DNA from: an uncultured Marinilabiliaceae bacterium
GTDB lineage: Bacteria; Bacteroidota; Bacteroidia; Bacteroidales; VadinHA17
Length of the DNA: 64,000 nucleotides
Reading direction: 5' to 3'
Assembly (NCBI GenBank): GCA_942491535.1
Contig: CALOBV010000007.1
Span: forward strand, 2,583-66,582
Under the pieces are notes generated by a model. The model worked only from the letters and a program-made list of their open reading frames with translations, made no database searches and was not told where the DNA came from. The position numbers and the translations under genes are program-made. Below, piece by piece: positions 46,473 to 56,136 of the stretch. How positions within the stretch are numbered: the first letter of the stretch is position 1; the number at the start of each line of letters is the position of its first letter.

Positions 46473-47156
46473 TTGATGAAAAAACACCTTATTCTCTTAA
46501 TTATCTTTTTCGCCTCACTAACTCAACTTAAATCCCAGAACCTGATATTTAATGTAGGCCTGAATGTTTCCAATACTACACTGAAGTTTTTTGATCCTGT
46601 AATAATTACCGACTGGTATCCCATCTTTACGCCTCAATTAATGATTAGTTATGAGTATAAGTTTAACAGGAGTTTTTCATTTCGCCCGGGGATAGCCTAC
46701 AGTCGCCAGGGAAGAAGAACAGTAAGTGATCTTGGCCCAGGTGCTTACGTTGAATACAGGTACATTATAGATTTTATTGATATCCCCTTCCTTTTTACGT
46801 ATAACTTCAATACACGGTCAACAGGAGGTTACAGTCTAAATCTTAATGCAGGAGTATATCTTGGATATGGAATCAACGGGCAGAGGATTGAAGATATTAC
46901 AGCTGTTGTTTCGAAGGATAAGATATTTGAAGGTCCAGATGCCATATACAGGAATGATTATGGATTGATGATATTATCAGGATTTGGTGATACTGAAAAC
47001 CAGCTTGCGGTATATTTCCAGTATGGACTGAGGAATATGGCTACCACAGATAGTGATTTTACCAAATTTAGCCGGGTAGCTGCAGGTTTAAACTATGTAA
47101 GGATAGTAAAATTCGGGCCAAACGCCCGCAGAATGATTAAGAAAAGGTTTTTCTGA
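46473..47156 (+). CDS. Small outer-membrane beta-barrel (porin-family/OmpA-barrel-like) protein
   Basis: Signal peptide and 227 aa of alternating aromatic beta-strand pattern (..GLNVSN.., ..FRPGIAYSRQG.., ..AGLNYV..). Confidence 0.6.
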   Translation: MMKKHLILLIIFFASLTQLKSQNLIFNVGLNVSNTTLKFFDPVIITDWYPIFTPQLMISYEYKFNRSFSFRPGIAYSRQGRRTVSDLGPGAYVEYRYIIDFIDIPFLFTYNFNTRSTGGYSLNLNAGVYLGYGINGQRIEDITAVVSKDKIFEGPDAIYRNDYGLMILSGFGDTENQLAVYFQYGLRNMATTDSDFTKFSRVAAGLNYVRIVKFGPNARRMIKKRFF

Positions 47157-47163
47157 TTAATTA

Positions 47164-47910
47164 TCAGGATATTAACTTTAACACAAATACAAAAGAGTCA
47201 AAAATATCAGGGCTGCTCCACAGTATAGTTGCTTCAACAGCACATATAACAGTTTTTCCTTCATTGTTAATCAGGCGAATCTGATAATTAACAACCTTTA
47301 TCTCTTTCCTGAGTAGTCTGTCAAGTTGTTTTCTTTCTACAAAATAGTCATCCGGATGACAGAGCTGAAAGAAATTCTCGTTAAACAAATCTTTTTCTTC
47401 AATATCTATTATTGAAATAAATCCAGGGTTAGTCCTGATAAATTTTCCATGACCGTCTGTTTGAAGAATTCCCATGGGCAGTATATCGAAAAGCCTCTTA
47501 TAGTTTTTCAGGCTCCTGTCTACATTCATATCTGTCTCAGCAGACCTGAGTATCTTATAGACTCTGAATACAAACTCATTAACCGTAAAGGGGAAAGTAA
47601 TAATATTTATCTGGTAATTAAGGAGTTCTTCTGCGGGGGGGACAGTATTATTATCAACAATAAATAGAATAGGTGTATCTGAATTTTTTGAAGGGTATAA
47701 TTTATCGATCAGGCTAAGGTTTTCAACATCACTTCCTACACCCGAAATAATAAGGAGATCAAATTTATTTCCATCGCACTCTTCAATAAAAAATTCACTG
47801 CTTTTGCTGAAGGTAGTTTCAAATCCGTATTTACCAAGTGATTGTTGAAGATGCCCTAAATCAAGATTGTCTTCATAAAATAGTAAGGATTGTTTTGGCA
47901 CGCTCATCAA
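47164..47910 (-). CDS. Receiver-like domain + PAS domain protein (probable pseudo-receiver)
   Basis: N-terminal CheY-like layout, but the expected phospho-acceptor position reads FDLLIISGVGSD (no Asp after DLLII). The C-terminal half is PAS-like (PMGILQTDGHGKFIRTNPGF...). Confidence 0.6.
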   Translation of the reverse strand: MMSVPKQSLLFYEDNLDLGHLQQSLGKYGFETTFSKSSEFFIEECDGNKFDLLIISGVGSDVENLSLIDKLYPSKNSDTPILFIVDNNTVPPAEELLNYQINIITFPFTVNEFVFRVYKILRSAETDMNVDRSLKNYKRLFDILPMGILQTDGHGKFIRTNPGFISIIDIEEKDLFNENFFQLCHPDDYFVERKQLDRLLRKEIKVVNYQIRLINNEGKTVICAVEATILWSSPDIFDSFVFVLKLIS

Positions 47911-48246
47911 TTATAATTTGAAAATTCCTTATACCTAAACAAAAATAGTTTTTCCCACCATATTTCAACATTAAATTGGATAATTAATTTTCTTATCTCA
48001 GAATATTACATCAGAAATGCAATTCTGATAATCAGCATACTTTACATATAAAATCAGACTAACTACTTATCAATTATTTAAAATAGAATTTATATATAGC
48101 GAAACGTTTCTCAGATCAGAAACTTTTATTTTAACACTAAAACTATTGTGTTTATCATATTCTTAAGCTGTGTTAATGTAAATTAATTGACTTATTTGCT
48201 TATTATTTTTACATTTATCCTTCACTCACGCCTAATATATCTTAAT

Positions 48247-51200
48247 ATGAAAAAGATTTACTTAATGATTTTAATAATCCTGGTGACAGTATTTTCATCA
48301 CCTGGATTATTGGCCCAGGTTCCGGATGGATTTAATTACCAGGCAATAGCCAGGGATGAAACCACGGGCGAACCACTTCAAAACACATTGCTAAACGTCC
48401 GGATTGCAATTTTATCATCTATAAATCCTGACGTTGTTGTCTGGGAAGAAGGACATTCATTATATTCAAATGAATTTGGTCTCTTCACACTTCAGGTTGG
48501 AGATCCTTCTGCATCTTATGTTGACGGATCAGCAGGAAGTTTCGCAGCTATAGACTGGACCAGCGGAAGCTATTACATAAGACCCAGTGTTATGAAATCA
48601 GGAGCTAGCTGGCAGGTAATGACTCCTTCAAAACTGATTGCCGTGCCATTTGCTATGATGGCCAGGGATGTTGAAAACAAACAAGAAATAAGCAAGTCTG
48701 GTGATTTTATACTTCTGACAGAAGGTGGCTCGGTCGACCTGTCGGCTTATGTAGACCCGGATCAGACCATAGAACTTGATGGAACTACCTTATCGATAAG
48801 TGGCAGTGGTAGCTCTGTAGATCTTTCAGCCTTTTTAAATCCCGATCAGACTCTGGGTTTAACTGGTAATAATCTCACAATAAGTGGCAGTGGCAGCTCT
48901 GTAGATCTTTCAGGATTTATTGATCCGAAGCAGAATATATCAAAATCCGGAAATACCGTTACCCTGGATGGTAATGGAGGATCATTCAGCCTCGGGGAGT
49001 ATGTAAACCAGTTTGATGCAGATGCCGATACTTTAACAAAATCAGATGGCAGCCTGGTTTTAGGACCCGACAATGCGCAGGGAAGTATACTGAAGGTGGT
49101 TGGAAGTGAAGTAGATCCTGTTGCTCCCCTGTTTGAGGTAAAAAACCAGGCAGGTCAGCAGGTATTTGCTGTTTACGATAACGGTGTCCAGATTCATGTT
49201 GATGATATATCTACTGAAAAAGGTTCACGGGGTGGCTTTGCAGTTGCCGGTTTTGACAGGGATAAAGCACCCGGAAATTCCCAGGATTTTCTATTAATAA
49301 CCCCTGACAGTGTCAGGATGTTTATACCAGAAACTACTGCCGCTGTAAAAGCACCTGGTAGTCGTGGCGGCTTTGCTGTAGGAGGATTCGATGCCGATAA
49401 AAAGGCTCCTACGTCTCTGTATTTTAATGTATCCGGAAGGAATGAGGTGGATATATATTCTGATGTAGCACAGATGCTATGGTATCCTCAGAAGGAAGCC
49501 TTCCAGGCTGGCAGGATTAATATACCACATTCTGATAGTGTAGGATTGAACTCAACAGCCTTTGGTTACCATCCAATGGCAAAAGGAGCATTTTCACAGG
49601 CATTTGGAAATCAGGCTAAAGCTACAGGAGATAACTCTACAGCGATTGGAAATAAGTCGGTTGCAAGGGGATACGACTCATATGCATTTGGATCGAGCGC
49701 CCAGGCACTTGGAGAAAAAAGTTTTGCCCTTGGATCAATTGGTGTAGACTCCCTTGGTAATCCGATGGGTCAGCCCACTACGGCATCGGGCGATTATTCG
49801 ATGGCTATGGGTATGAGTTCGGTTGCCTCTGAAAGGGGTTCTCTTGCTCTCGGGGTAGACAGTTATTCTTCAGGCTGGTATTCAACTGCATTGGGCTATA
49901 GATCAATAGCCTCAGGCTCATATTCAAATGCATTTGGTCTTAGAGCAAACTCTACCGGATCCTATTCAATGGCACTCGGTATGTATTCCTATGCTAAAGG
50001 TTTATATTCGCTTGCTCTGGGATCCAGGGCAACTGCTGAGGGTCAATATTCAATTGCTGTCGGATACTATTCCCGGGTATTAGGGGATTATGCAGTTGGA
50101 TTGGGATACAATGCACAAGCTGATGCAAATTATTCCTACGCGATGGGCAGGGATGCTCTCTCGGAAGGGCTCTATTCCTTTGCGCTTGGCAACCAGGCCA
50201 ATTCTGTAGGTCAGGCAGCATATGCCCTGGGAAACAGGGCAAGTGCAGATGCAGACTATTCCTACGCCCTTGGTAATTCATCTACCGCAGGGGCTATTTA
50301 TGCCTATGCTCTGGGATATAATGCAACTGCAGGAGGTAGTTCATCCTATGCACTGGGTAATGGTGCCCAGGCTACACAGTCATACTCTTATGCACTGGGC
50401 TACGGTTCAAGTGCCACAAATTCCTATGCTATTGCATTGGGTACTAACTCAACTGCAAGCGGTCAGTACGGAACGGCAATAGGCAGGGCGGCTGCAGCTT
50501 CAAATACAGTATCTACTGCTATCGGATTTTCTGCACTGGCAAGCGGATATGGAGGAACAGCTATTGGTTTGTACTCAAAGGCAATAGGAGATTATTCAAA
50601 TGCCCTCGGCTGGTACGCAGAGGCCCAGAAGCCCTATTCTGTTGCAATAGGTCTGGCAGCCGTTGCTAACGGGGATTATGCTTTTGCAATTGGAAGAGGT
50701 GCTCTGTCTACAGCTAATAATGCTACTTCGCTTGGTTATAATGCAAGGGCGCAGGCTGAGAATGCTTATGCCTTCGGAACTAATGCTTTATCGTCAGGAG
50801 TCGCTTCTGTAACTCTTGGTTATCAGAATACAGCTTCTGTTGCTAATGCTATTGCAATTGGTAATTTAAATACTTCCAACGGACAGAATGCTGTCTCCTT
50901 TGGTAGCAGCAATACATCATCGGGAAATTATTCTATAGCAATAGGATCAAGCTCGACTGCTACCGCTGATTATTCAAATGCACTTGGTTATACGGCAAAC
51001 GCCAGCGGAGCGAGATCAACCGCTATTGGATATGAAACATCTGCCCAGGGATATAAGTCTGTATCAATGGGAGCAAACTACTATAAAAACTTATTAATAT
51101 ATAACCCACCATTCTCATCGTTGACCAAAAGCAGTTATCCGTCTACAGTAAAGGCACCAGATGGCGGAGGAGAAGTAATGCCCGGTGAGGGAGGCGAAGA

Positions 51201-52356
51201 ACCTGCCGGTACGAAGCAATTTATTATTCTACCGCTGATTATTGACCGTGATAATGATGCACTAGATAGTTATTCTGTTGCAATCGGAGGTGGAAACCTT
51301 TCAGACCAGGGTGGTTTTACCTTTGGTGTGTATAATGATGCAACAGAAGAATATGCCACAGCAATAGGTTTTGCGAATAAAGCAACTGGTTTATATTCTA
51401 CAGCCATCGGGTTTGCAAATGCTGCTGAAGGTGTTAACTCCACGGCGCTGGGCAAATATACTACTGCCGAATCGTATAATTCAATAGCACTAGGAACATA
51501 TAATTATTTAAGTCCAAGTTATACAACCGACGAATGGGTAGAAACAGATCCTCTATTACAGGTTGGGAACGGCACATCCTCTAGTCCAAACGACGCATTT
51601 GTAATATACAAAAATGGCAAAGCATACCATGAAGCTCGCGATGCACAGGACGGAGTTTATGTATTTAATGAGGCAACAACCAGAACTTCTTCTACATACG
51701 GACTGAGATCGTATTTATATAATAGAACCAGTGCTACCACTTATGGTGTCTATTCATATGCTTATGGATATTCAACTTCAACAGGTAGTATTTATAGTGG
51801 ATACTTTACCAGTTATAACGCTGGAACAGGTGAAAACAGAGGTTTATATGCAACGCTCAGAACCGGAGCGAAAAGCGACCTGGCGGAATATATTTACGAT
51901 AATAACAGAGAAACAGAGGCTGCTGATGTTGTGGTTGCTGATGAAAACGGTAAAGAGAATATTGTTAAGTCGACAAAACCCTATCAGAGTTCGGTTGTAG
52001 GTATTGTTTCAACTGACCCACATCTACTGATGGGTACGGAACTGGTCCTTGATGAAGAATCAGGAGAAGATATCGAAGGGGTTTCTGCTGCCAAACTTGC
52101 TCTTGCCGGACGTGTGCCATGTAAGGTAACTGATGAGAACGGATCGATTAAACCTGGTGATATGCTAACATCTTCTTCTACTCCAGGGCATGCAATGAAG
52201 TGGACTTTGATTGACGTGACAAAGGCAAAAGACTTCGAAGAGCTAAAAACAATGATGGCCGAGAATGAGAAAAGGAGAAATGCTGTTATTGGAAAGGCAC
52301 TTGAGAGTCATATTTCCGGAACAGGTAAAATAATTGTACTGGTAAGCTTACAGTAA
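48247..52356 (+). CDS. Giant secreted YadA-head-repeat protein with a phage-appendage-like C-terminal domain
   Basis: Signal peptide from M21 (MKKIYLMILIILVTVFSSPGLLAQ). aa 455-962 and 1028-1103 hold dozens of roughly 14-residue YSxAxGxxAxAxGx repeats. Next comes QVGNGTSSSPNDAFVIYKNGKAY. The C-terminus reads DLAEYIY..VVGIVSTDP..LALAGRVPCKVTDENGSIKPGDMLTSSSTPGHAMK. Confidence 0.8.
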   Translation: MKKIYLMILIILVTVFSSPGLLAQVPDGFNYQAIARDETTGEPLQNTLLNVRIAILSSINPDVVVWEEGHSLYSNEFGLFTLQVGDPSASYVDGSAGSFAAIDWTSGSYYIRPSVMKSGASWQVMTPSKLIAVPFAMMARDVENKQEISKSGDFILLTEGGSVDLSAYVDPDQTIELDGTTLSISGSGSSVDLSAFLNPDQTLGLTGNNLTISGSGSSVDLSGFIDPKQNISKSGNTVTLDGNGGSFSLGEYVNQFDADADTLTKSDGSLVLGPDNAQGSILKVVGSEVDPVAPLFEVKNQAGQQVFAVYDNGVQIHVDDISTEKGSRGGFAVAGFDRDKAPGNSQDFLLITPDSVRMFIPETTAAVKAPGSRGGFAVGGFDADKKAPTSLYFNVSGRNEVDIYSDVAQMLWYPQKEAFQAGRINIPHSDSVGLNSTAFGYHPMAKGAFSQAFGNQAKATGDNSTAIGNKSVARGYDSYAFGSSAQALGEKSFALGSIGVDSLGNPMGQPTTASGDYSMAMGMSSVASERGSLALGVDSYSSGWYSTALGYRSIASGSYSNAFGLRANSTGSYSMALGMYSYAKGLYSLALGSRATAEGQYSIAVGYYSRVLGDYAVGLGYNAQADANYSYAMGRDALSEGLYSFALGNQANSVGQAAYALGNRASADADYSYALGNSSTAGAIYAYALGYNATAGGSSSYALGNGAQATQSYSYALGYGSSATNSYAIALGTNSTASGQYGTAIGRAAAASNTVSTAIGFSALASGYGGTAIGLYSKAIGDYSNALGWYAEAQKPYSVAIGLAAVANGDYAFAIGRGALSTANNATSLGYNARAQAENAYAFGTNALSSGVASVTLGYQNTASVANAIAIGNLNTSNGQNAVSFGSSNTSSGNYSIAIGSSSTATADYSNALGYTANASGARSTAIGYETSAQGYKSVSMGANYYKNLLIYNPPFSSLTKSSYPSTVKAPDGGGEVMPGEGGEEPAGTKQFIILPLIIDRDNDALDSYSVAIGGGNLSDQGGFTFGVYNDATEEYATAIGFANKATGLYSTAIGFANAAEGVNSTALGKYTTAESYNSIALGTYNYLSPSYTTDEWVETDPLLQVGNGTSSSPNDAFVIYKNGKAYHEARDAQDGVYVFNEATTRTSSTYGLRSYLYNRTSATTYGVYSYAYGYSTSTGSIYSGYFTSYNAGTGENRGLYATLRTGAKSDLAEYIYDNNRETEAADVVVADENGKENIVKSTKPYQSSVVGIVSTDPHLLMGTELVLDEESGEDIEGVSAAKLALAGRVPCKVTDENGSIKPGDMLTSSSTPGHAMKWTLIDVTKAKDFEELKTMMAENEKRRNAVIGKALESHISGTGKIIVLVSLQ

Positions 52357-52377
52357 GACAGATTAAATATTAGGCGT

Positions 52378-52412
52378 AAAGCGTTCCATGCCTGGCATGG
52401 GGCGCTTTTTTT
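52378..52412 (+). terminator. Rho-independent terminator after the giant repeat protein
   Basis: GCGTTCCATG-cctgg-CATGGGGCGC stem (with G-U pairs) followed by T7. Confidence 0.8.
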
Positions 52413-52495
52413 ATGTTCTATAAGTATTTATATGCTTAAGCCTGTGATAGCATTTTAATTAATTTAGCAGTGTCATCACTTAAAACCATGACCTT

Positions 52496-55024
52496 ATGAA
52501 GAAATTATTACTTATCGCTATCCTGGCACAGACCATAAACCTGGTGGCTCAGGATAACTATTATTTTGACAGGAATGCAAAATTTGATACAAGCATTGAT
52601 TCACCGGCTAAATTTCTTGGCTACGAGATAGGCATTCATCATACCAGGTACGATAAGATAGTCGAGTATATGGAATATCTTGCAGAAAGTAGCGACAGGG
52701 TTACCTTCGAGCAATTTGGCATGTCTGTCGAAAGACGTCCGCAGATAATACTGACAATAACATCACCCGATAATCATAGACAGCTGGATCAGATACAGGA
52801 GCAGCATATGAAGTTATCTGATCCGACATCTTATCCCGATCCGGATCTTTCTGTTCCTCTGATTATTCAGCTTGGTTTTAATGTACATGGAAATGAAGCA
52901 AGCGGCGGTGAGGCCTCGATGCTCTCTGCCTACTATCTTGCTGCAGTGCAGGATAATGAAATAAATAACATTCTCAGTAATTCAGTAATATTTATTGAAC
53001 CGGTTCTTAATCCCGATGGCAGGGCAAGATTCGCCAGCTGGGCAAATATGAACAGGAGCAAGAATGCCTCTCCTGATGGTAACGACCGTGAACATACCGA
53101 GGCATGGCCAGGTGGTCGGACCAACCACTACTGGTACGATCTTAACAGAGACTGGTTGCCACTTACCCAGCCTGAGAGCAAAAACAGGATGACTCGTTTT
53201 CATAAATGGAGGCCTAATGTAATTACAGATCACCATGAGATGGGGACAAACAGCACATTCTTTTTTGAGCCTACCAAACCGGGATCAGAAAATACAATAG
53301 TACCGACTGAGAACTACAACAGGTTAAATACTTTGTTTGCAGATGGTTTTTCCAGGGTGCTTGATGAAGCAGGTCATTATTATGATTCAGGACGATCTTT
53401 TGATAACTCCTACCCTGGCTACGGCAGTTCTTATGCTGATATAAATGGTGGACTGGCTATATTATTTGAGCAAGCTTCTTCAAGGGGACTTGTTCAAACA
53501 ACTGACCTGGGATATAATATGCATTTCTCGCTGGGAATTAAAAACCAGTTTCTCTGCGCTATATCAACGGTCACGACAGCGCATGATAACTCAGAGATGC
53601 TAAACGAATATATGTACAGGTTTTACAAAGATGCTCTTAAAGAAGCTGCATCCGACACTTACAGAGCATATGTTTTCGGCGACAGTAATGACAGAGGCAG
53701 AACATACGACTTTGTAAATTTACTGCTTATGCATGATATTAAGGTTAAGCCACTTACACGCGACATAACAGTGTCGGGAGTAAAATTTCAGGCAGGATCA
53801 TCCTTTGTTGTACCAACAGAACAGGCTCAGTATAAAATGGTAAGAACAATGTTTGAGGCCAACAGAGAGTTTCCTGATTCACTTTTTTATGATGCAAGTG
53901 CCTGGGCTCTTGTCTATTCATATGGTCTGCCTTTTTCAGGACTAACAAAACTTCCATCATGCGGCGACGAAACAGGAATATTAAGTCTTCAGCCCATTGA
54001 ACTAACTAAGAGTTCATATGGCTATATCTTTGAATGGTCTGATTATTACAGTGCTTCAGCCTTGAGTAAAGTAATGCAGAATGGAATAAGAGTCAAAGCA
54101 GCATGGGAGCCTGTCACAATAAATACAGGAGGAATGATTCATACTTTTGGACGAGGTTCTGTATATATCCCGGTTGCCTACCAGGATAAAACCGCAGAGG
54201 AGGTGTTTAAGTTGCTCTCAGAAATCTCTTTAAGCACAGGTATAAGCATCTACCCTATTGAGTCGTCGAAGGTACAGGATGGCCCCTGGATAGGCAACAA
54301 CCTTTTCAAAAGCCTGGAAAAACCAAAGATTCTAATGCTGACGGGTGATGGCATAAGCAGTAGCAGCGCCGGCACAATCTGGGATTTACTGGATACAAGG
54401 GTTGGTATTACCTTTACTAAGATTGATATATCGAGATTTTCGAGGGTTAATCTCTACGATTACAACACTATAATATTGCCTTCCGGTAGCTATTCAGATT
54501 TAGCAAAGACTGCCGGGGAGAATCTCACCAGCTGGGTGAATAATGGAGGAAGGATAATCTCAGTCGGGAGTAGCATGACCTACCTTAAAGGACTAAAACT
54601 GATATCTTACGAAACCAACAGTCTGGACAAGGAAGACCAAAGACTTGACTATAATATATCTGGCCTTGAATCTGGTAAACATTCAATTGGTGGAGTATTT
54701 TGCAGCGTAGACCTCGATAATACACATCCATTAGGATTTGGGTATAATACAAGGAATATTACCGTATATAAAAACAACAGGAGCTTTGTAAATGCAGTTA
54801 AGGGTCCTACATCGAATATTGCAGTATATAATGATGACCCTCTTATAAGCGGGTACGTTTCTGAAGAAAATCTTAATTTGTTTAAAGGATGTGCATCGCT
54901 TGTAAACTTCAGATCCGGTCGTGGAAACATAACAGTATTTATCGACGACCCTGTTTTCAGAGGATGCTGGAGAGGAACCGACAAACTTCTTATAAATGCA
55001 ATATTCTTTGGCCAGGGCATTTAA
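52496..55024 (+). CDS. M14 family zinc carboxypeptidase, long form
   Basis: Signal peptide, HGNEASGGEA (HxxE zinc site) and DHHEMG in 842 aa. Confidence 0.8.
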   Translation: MKKLLLIAILAQTINLVAQDNYYFDRNAKFDTSIDSPAKFLGYEIGIHHTRYDKIVEYMEYLAESSDRVTFEQFGMSVERRPQIILTITSPDNHRQLDQIQEQHMKLSDPTSYPDPDLSVPLIIQLGFNVHGNEASGGEASMLSAYYLAAVQDNEINNILSNSVIFIEPVLNPDGRARFASWANMNRSKNASPDGNDREHTEAWPGGRTNHYWYDLNRDWLPLTQPESKNRMTRFHKWRPNVITDHHEMGTNSTFFFEPTKPGSENTIVPTENYNRLNTLFADGFSRVLDEAGHYYDSGRSFDNSYPGYGSSYADINGGLAILFEQASSRGLVQTTDLGYNMHFSLGIKNQFLCAISTVTTAHDNSEMLNEYMYRFYKDALKEAASDTYRAYVFGDSNDRGRTYDFVNLLLMHDIKVKPLTRDITVSGVKFQAGSSFVVPTEQAQYKMVRTMFEANREFPDSLFYDASAWALVYSYGLPFSGLTKLPSCGDETGILSLQPIELTKSSYGYIFEWSDYYSASALSKVMQNGIRVKAAWEPVTINTGGMIHTFGRGSVYIPVAYQDKTAEEVFKLLSEISLSTGISIYPIESSKVQDGPWIGNNLFKSLEKPKILMLTGDGISSSSAGTIWDLLDTRVGITFTKIDISRFSRVNLYDYNTIILPSGSYSDLAKTAGENLTSWVNNGGRIISVGSSMTYLKGLKLISYETNSLDKEDQRLDYNISGLESGKHSIGGVFCSVDLDNTHPLGFGYNTRNITVYKNNRSFVNAVKGPTSNIAVYNDDPLISGYVSEENLNLFKGCASLVNFRSGRGNITVFIDDPVFRGCWRGTDKLLINAIFFGQGI

Positions 55025-55081
55025 GAAAAAAATTAGTCTCACTAATCATCTTTTATTAACTTTGATTATAGAGGACAGCAA

Positions 55082-55456
55082 ATGAATAAGGTATACAATA
55101 TATTGGTTGCAGAAGACGAGGAATATAACTTTGCCCTGGTTAAATATATTTTCCAGAAGGAAGGTCATAATGTATTATGGGCAAAAAATGGAGAAGAAGC
55201 TGTTAAATTAGCACTTACAGATATTGAGATCGACCTGGTGTTGATGGATATAAAAATGCCAGTAATGGACGGATTTGAAGCCGCCAGGTTAATAAAGGAA
55301 GCCAGGAGCGAGTTACCCATTATGGCTGTTACTGCTTATGCATTTGCAGAAGACAGACAACTATGTCTTGATGCAGGTTGTGATGAATTTATTACAAAGC
55401 CTATAGATAGAAAAGAGCTACTCAACCTTTCATATAAACTTCTTCAAAAAAAATGA
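55082..55456 (+). CDS. Stand-alone response regulator receiver (CheY-like)
   Basis: ILVAEDEEYN, DLVLMDIKMPVMDG and ITKP motifs in 124 aa. Confidence 0.88.
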   Translation: MNKVYNILVAEDEEYNFALVKYIFQKEGHNVLWAKNGEEAVKLALTDIEIDLVLMDIKMPVMDGFEAARLIKEARSELPIMAVTAYAFAEDRQLCLDAGCDEFITKPIDRKELLNLSYKLLQKK

Positions 55457-56118
55457 ATATTGAGATAGAAGAGTCCTGGAAAACTGTCCTGGAGCAAGAA
55501 TTCCATCAAACATATTTTACTGACCTTATCGACTTTGTTAAGGATGAGTATAAAAACGATAAGATATTTCCACCCGGTAAATTAATCTTTAATGCATTCA
55601 ATACATGTCCATTAGACAGTGTGAGGGTAGTGATAATCGGGCAGGACCCCTATCATGGCCCCGGACAGGCTAACGGTCTGTGCTTTTCCGTAAATGATGG
55701 AGTTAAGTTTCCACCCAGCCTTGTTAATATATTTAAGGAGATTCAGAATGACCTTGGACTGGAATATCCTGCCAGTGGCAACCTCGAGCGCTGGGCAAAG
55801 CAGGGAGTGCTATTATTAAATGCCACACTTACTGTTAGAGCACATAATGCCGGATCTCACCAGGGAAAGGGATGGGAAAAATTTACAGATGAGGTAATCA
55901 GAACTTTATCGGAAAGGAAAAATAACCTGGTATTTTTCCTGTGGGGTTCTTACGCTCAGAAGAAGGGTGCTAATATAGACAGGGAAAGGCATTGCGTTCT
56001 GGAATCGGTTCATCCCTCCCCTCTTTCTGCCCACAGGGGCTTCTTTGGAAATAAGCACTTCACTGAATGTAACGAATATCTTATATTTTCCGGGCAGGAT
56101 CCGATTGACTGGAGTTAG
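55453..56118 (+). CDS. ung: Uracil-DNA glycosylase
   Basis: GQDPYHGPGQANGLCFSV and HPSPLSAHRGFFG motifs. ATGA start/stop overlap with the receiver gene. Confidence 0.95.
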   Translation: MNIEIEESWKTVLEQEFHQTYFTDLIDFVKDEYKNDKIFPPGKLIFNAFNTCPLDSVRVVIIGQDPYHGPGQANGLCFSVNDGVKFPPSLVNIFKEIQNDLGLEYPASGNLERWAKQGVLLLNATLTVRAHNAGSHQGKGWEKFTDEVIRTLSERKNNLVFFLWGSYAQKKGANIDRERHCVLESVHPSPLSAHRGFFGNKHFTECNEYLIFSGQDPIDWS

Positions 56119-56136
56119 TATTAAATAAGAATATAT

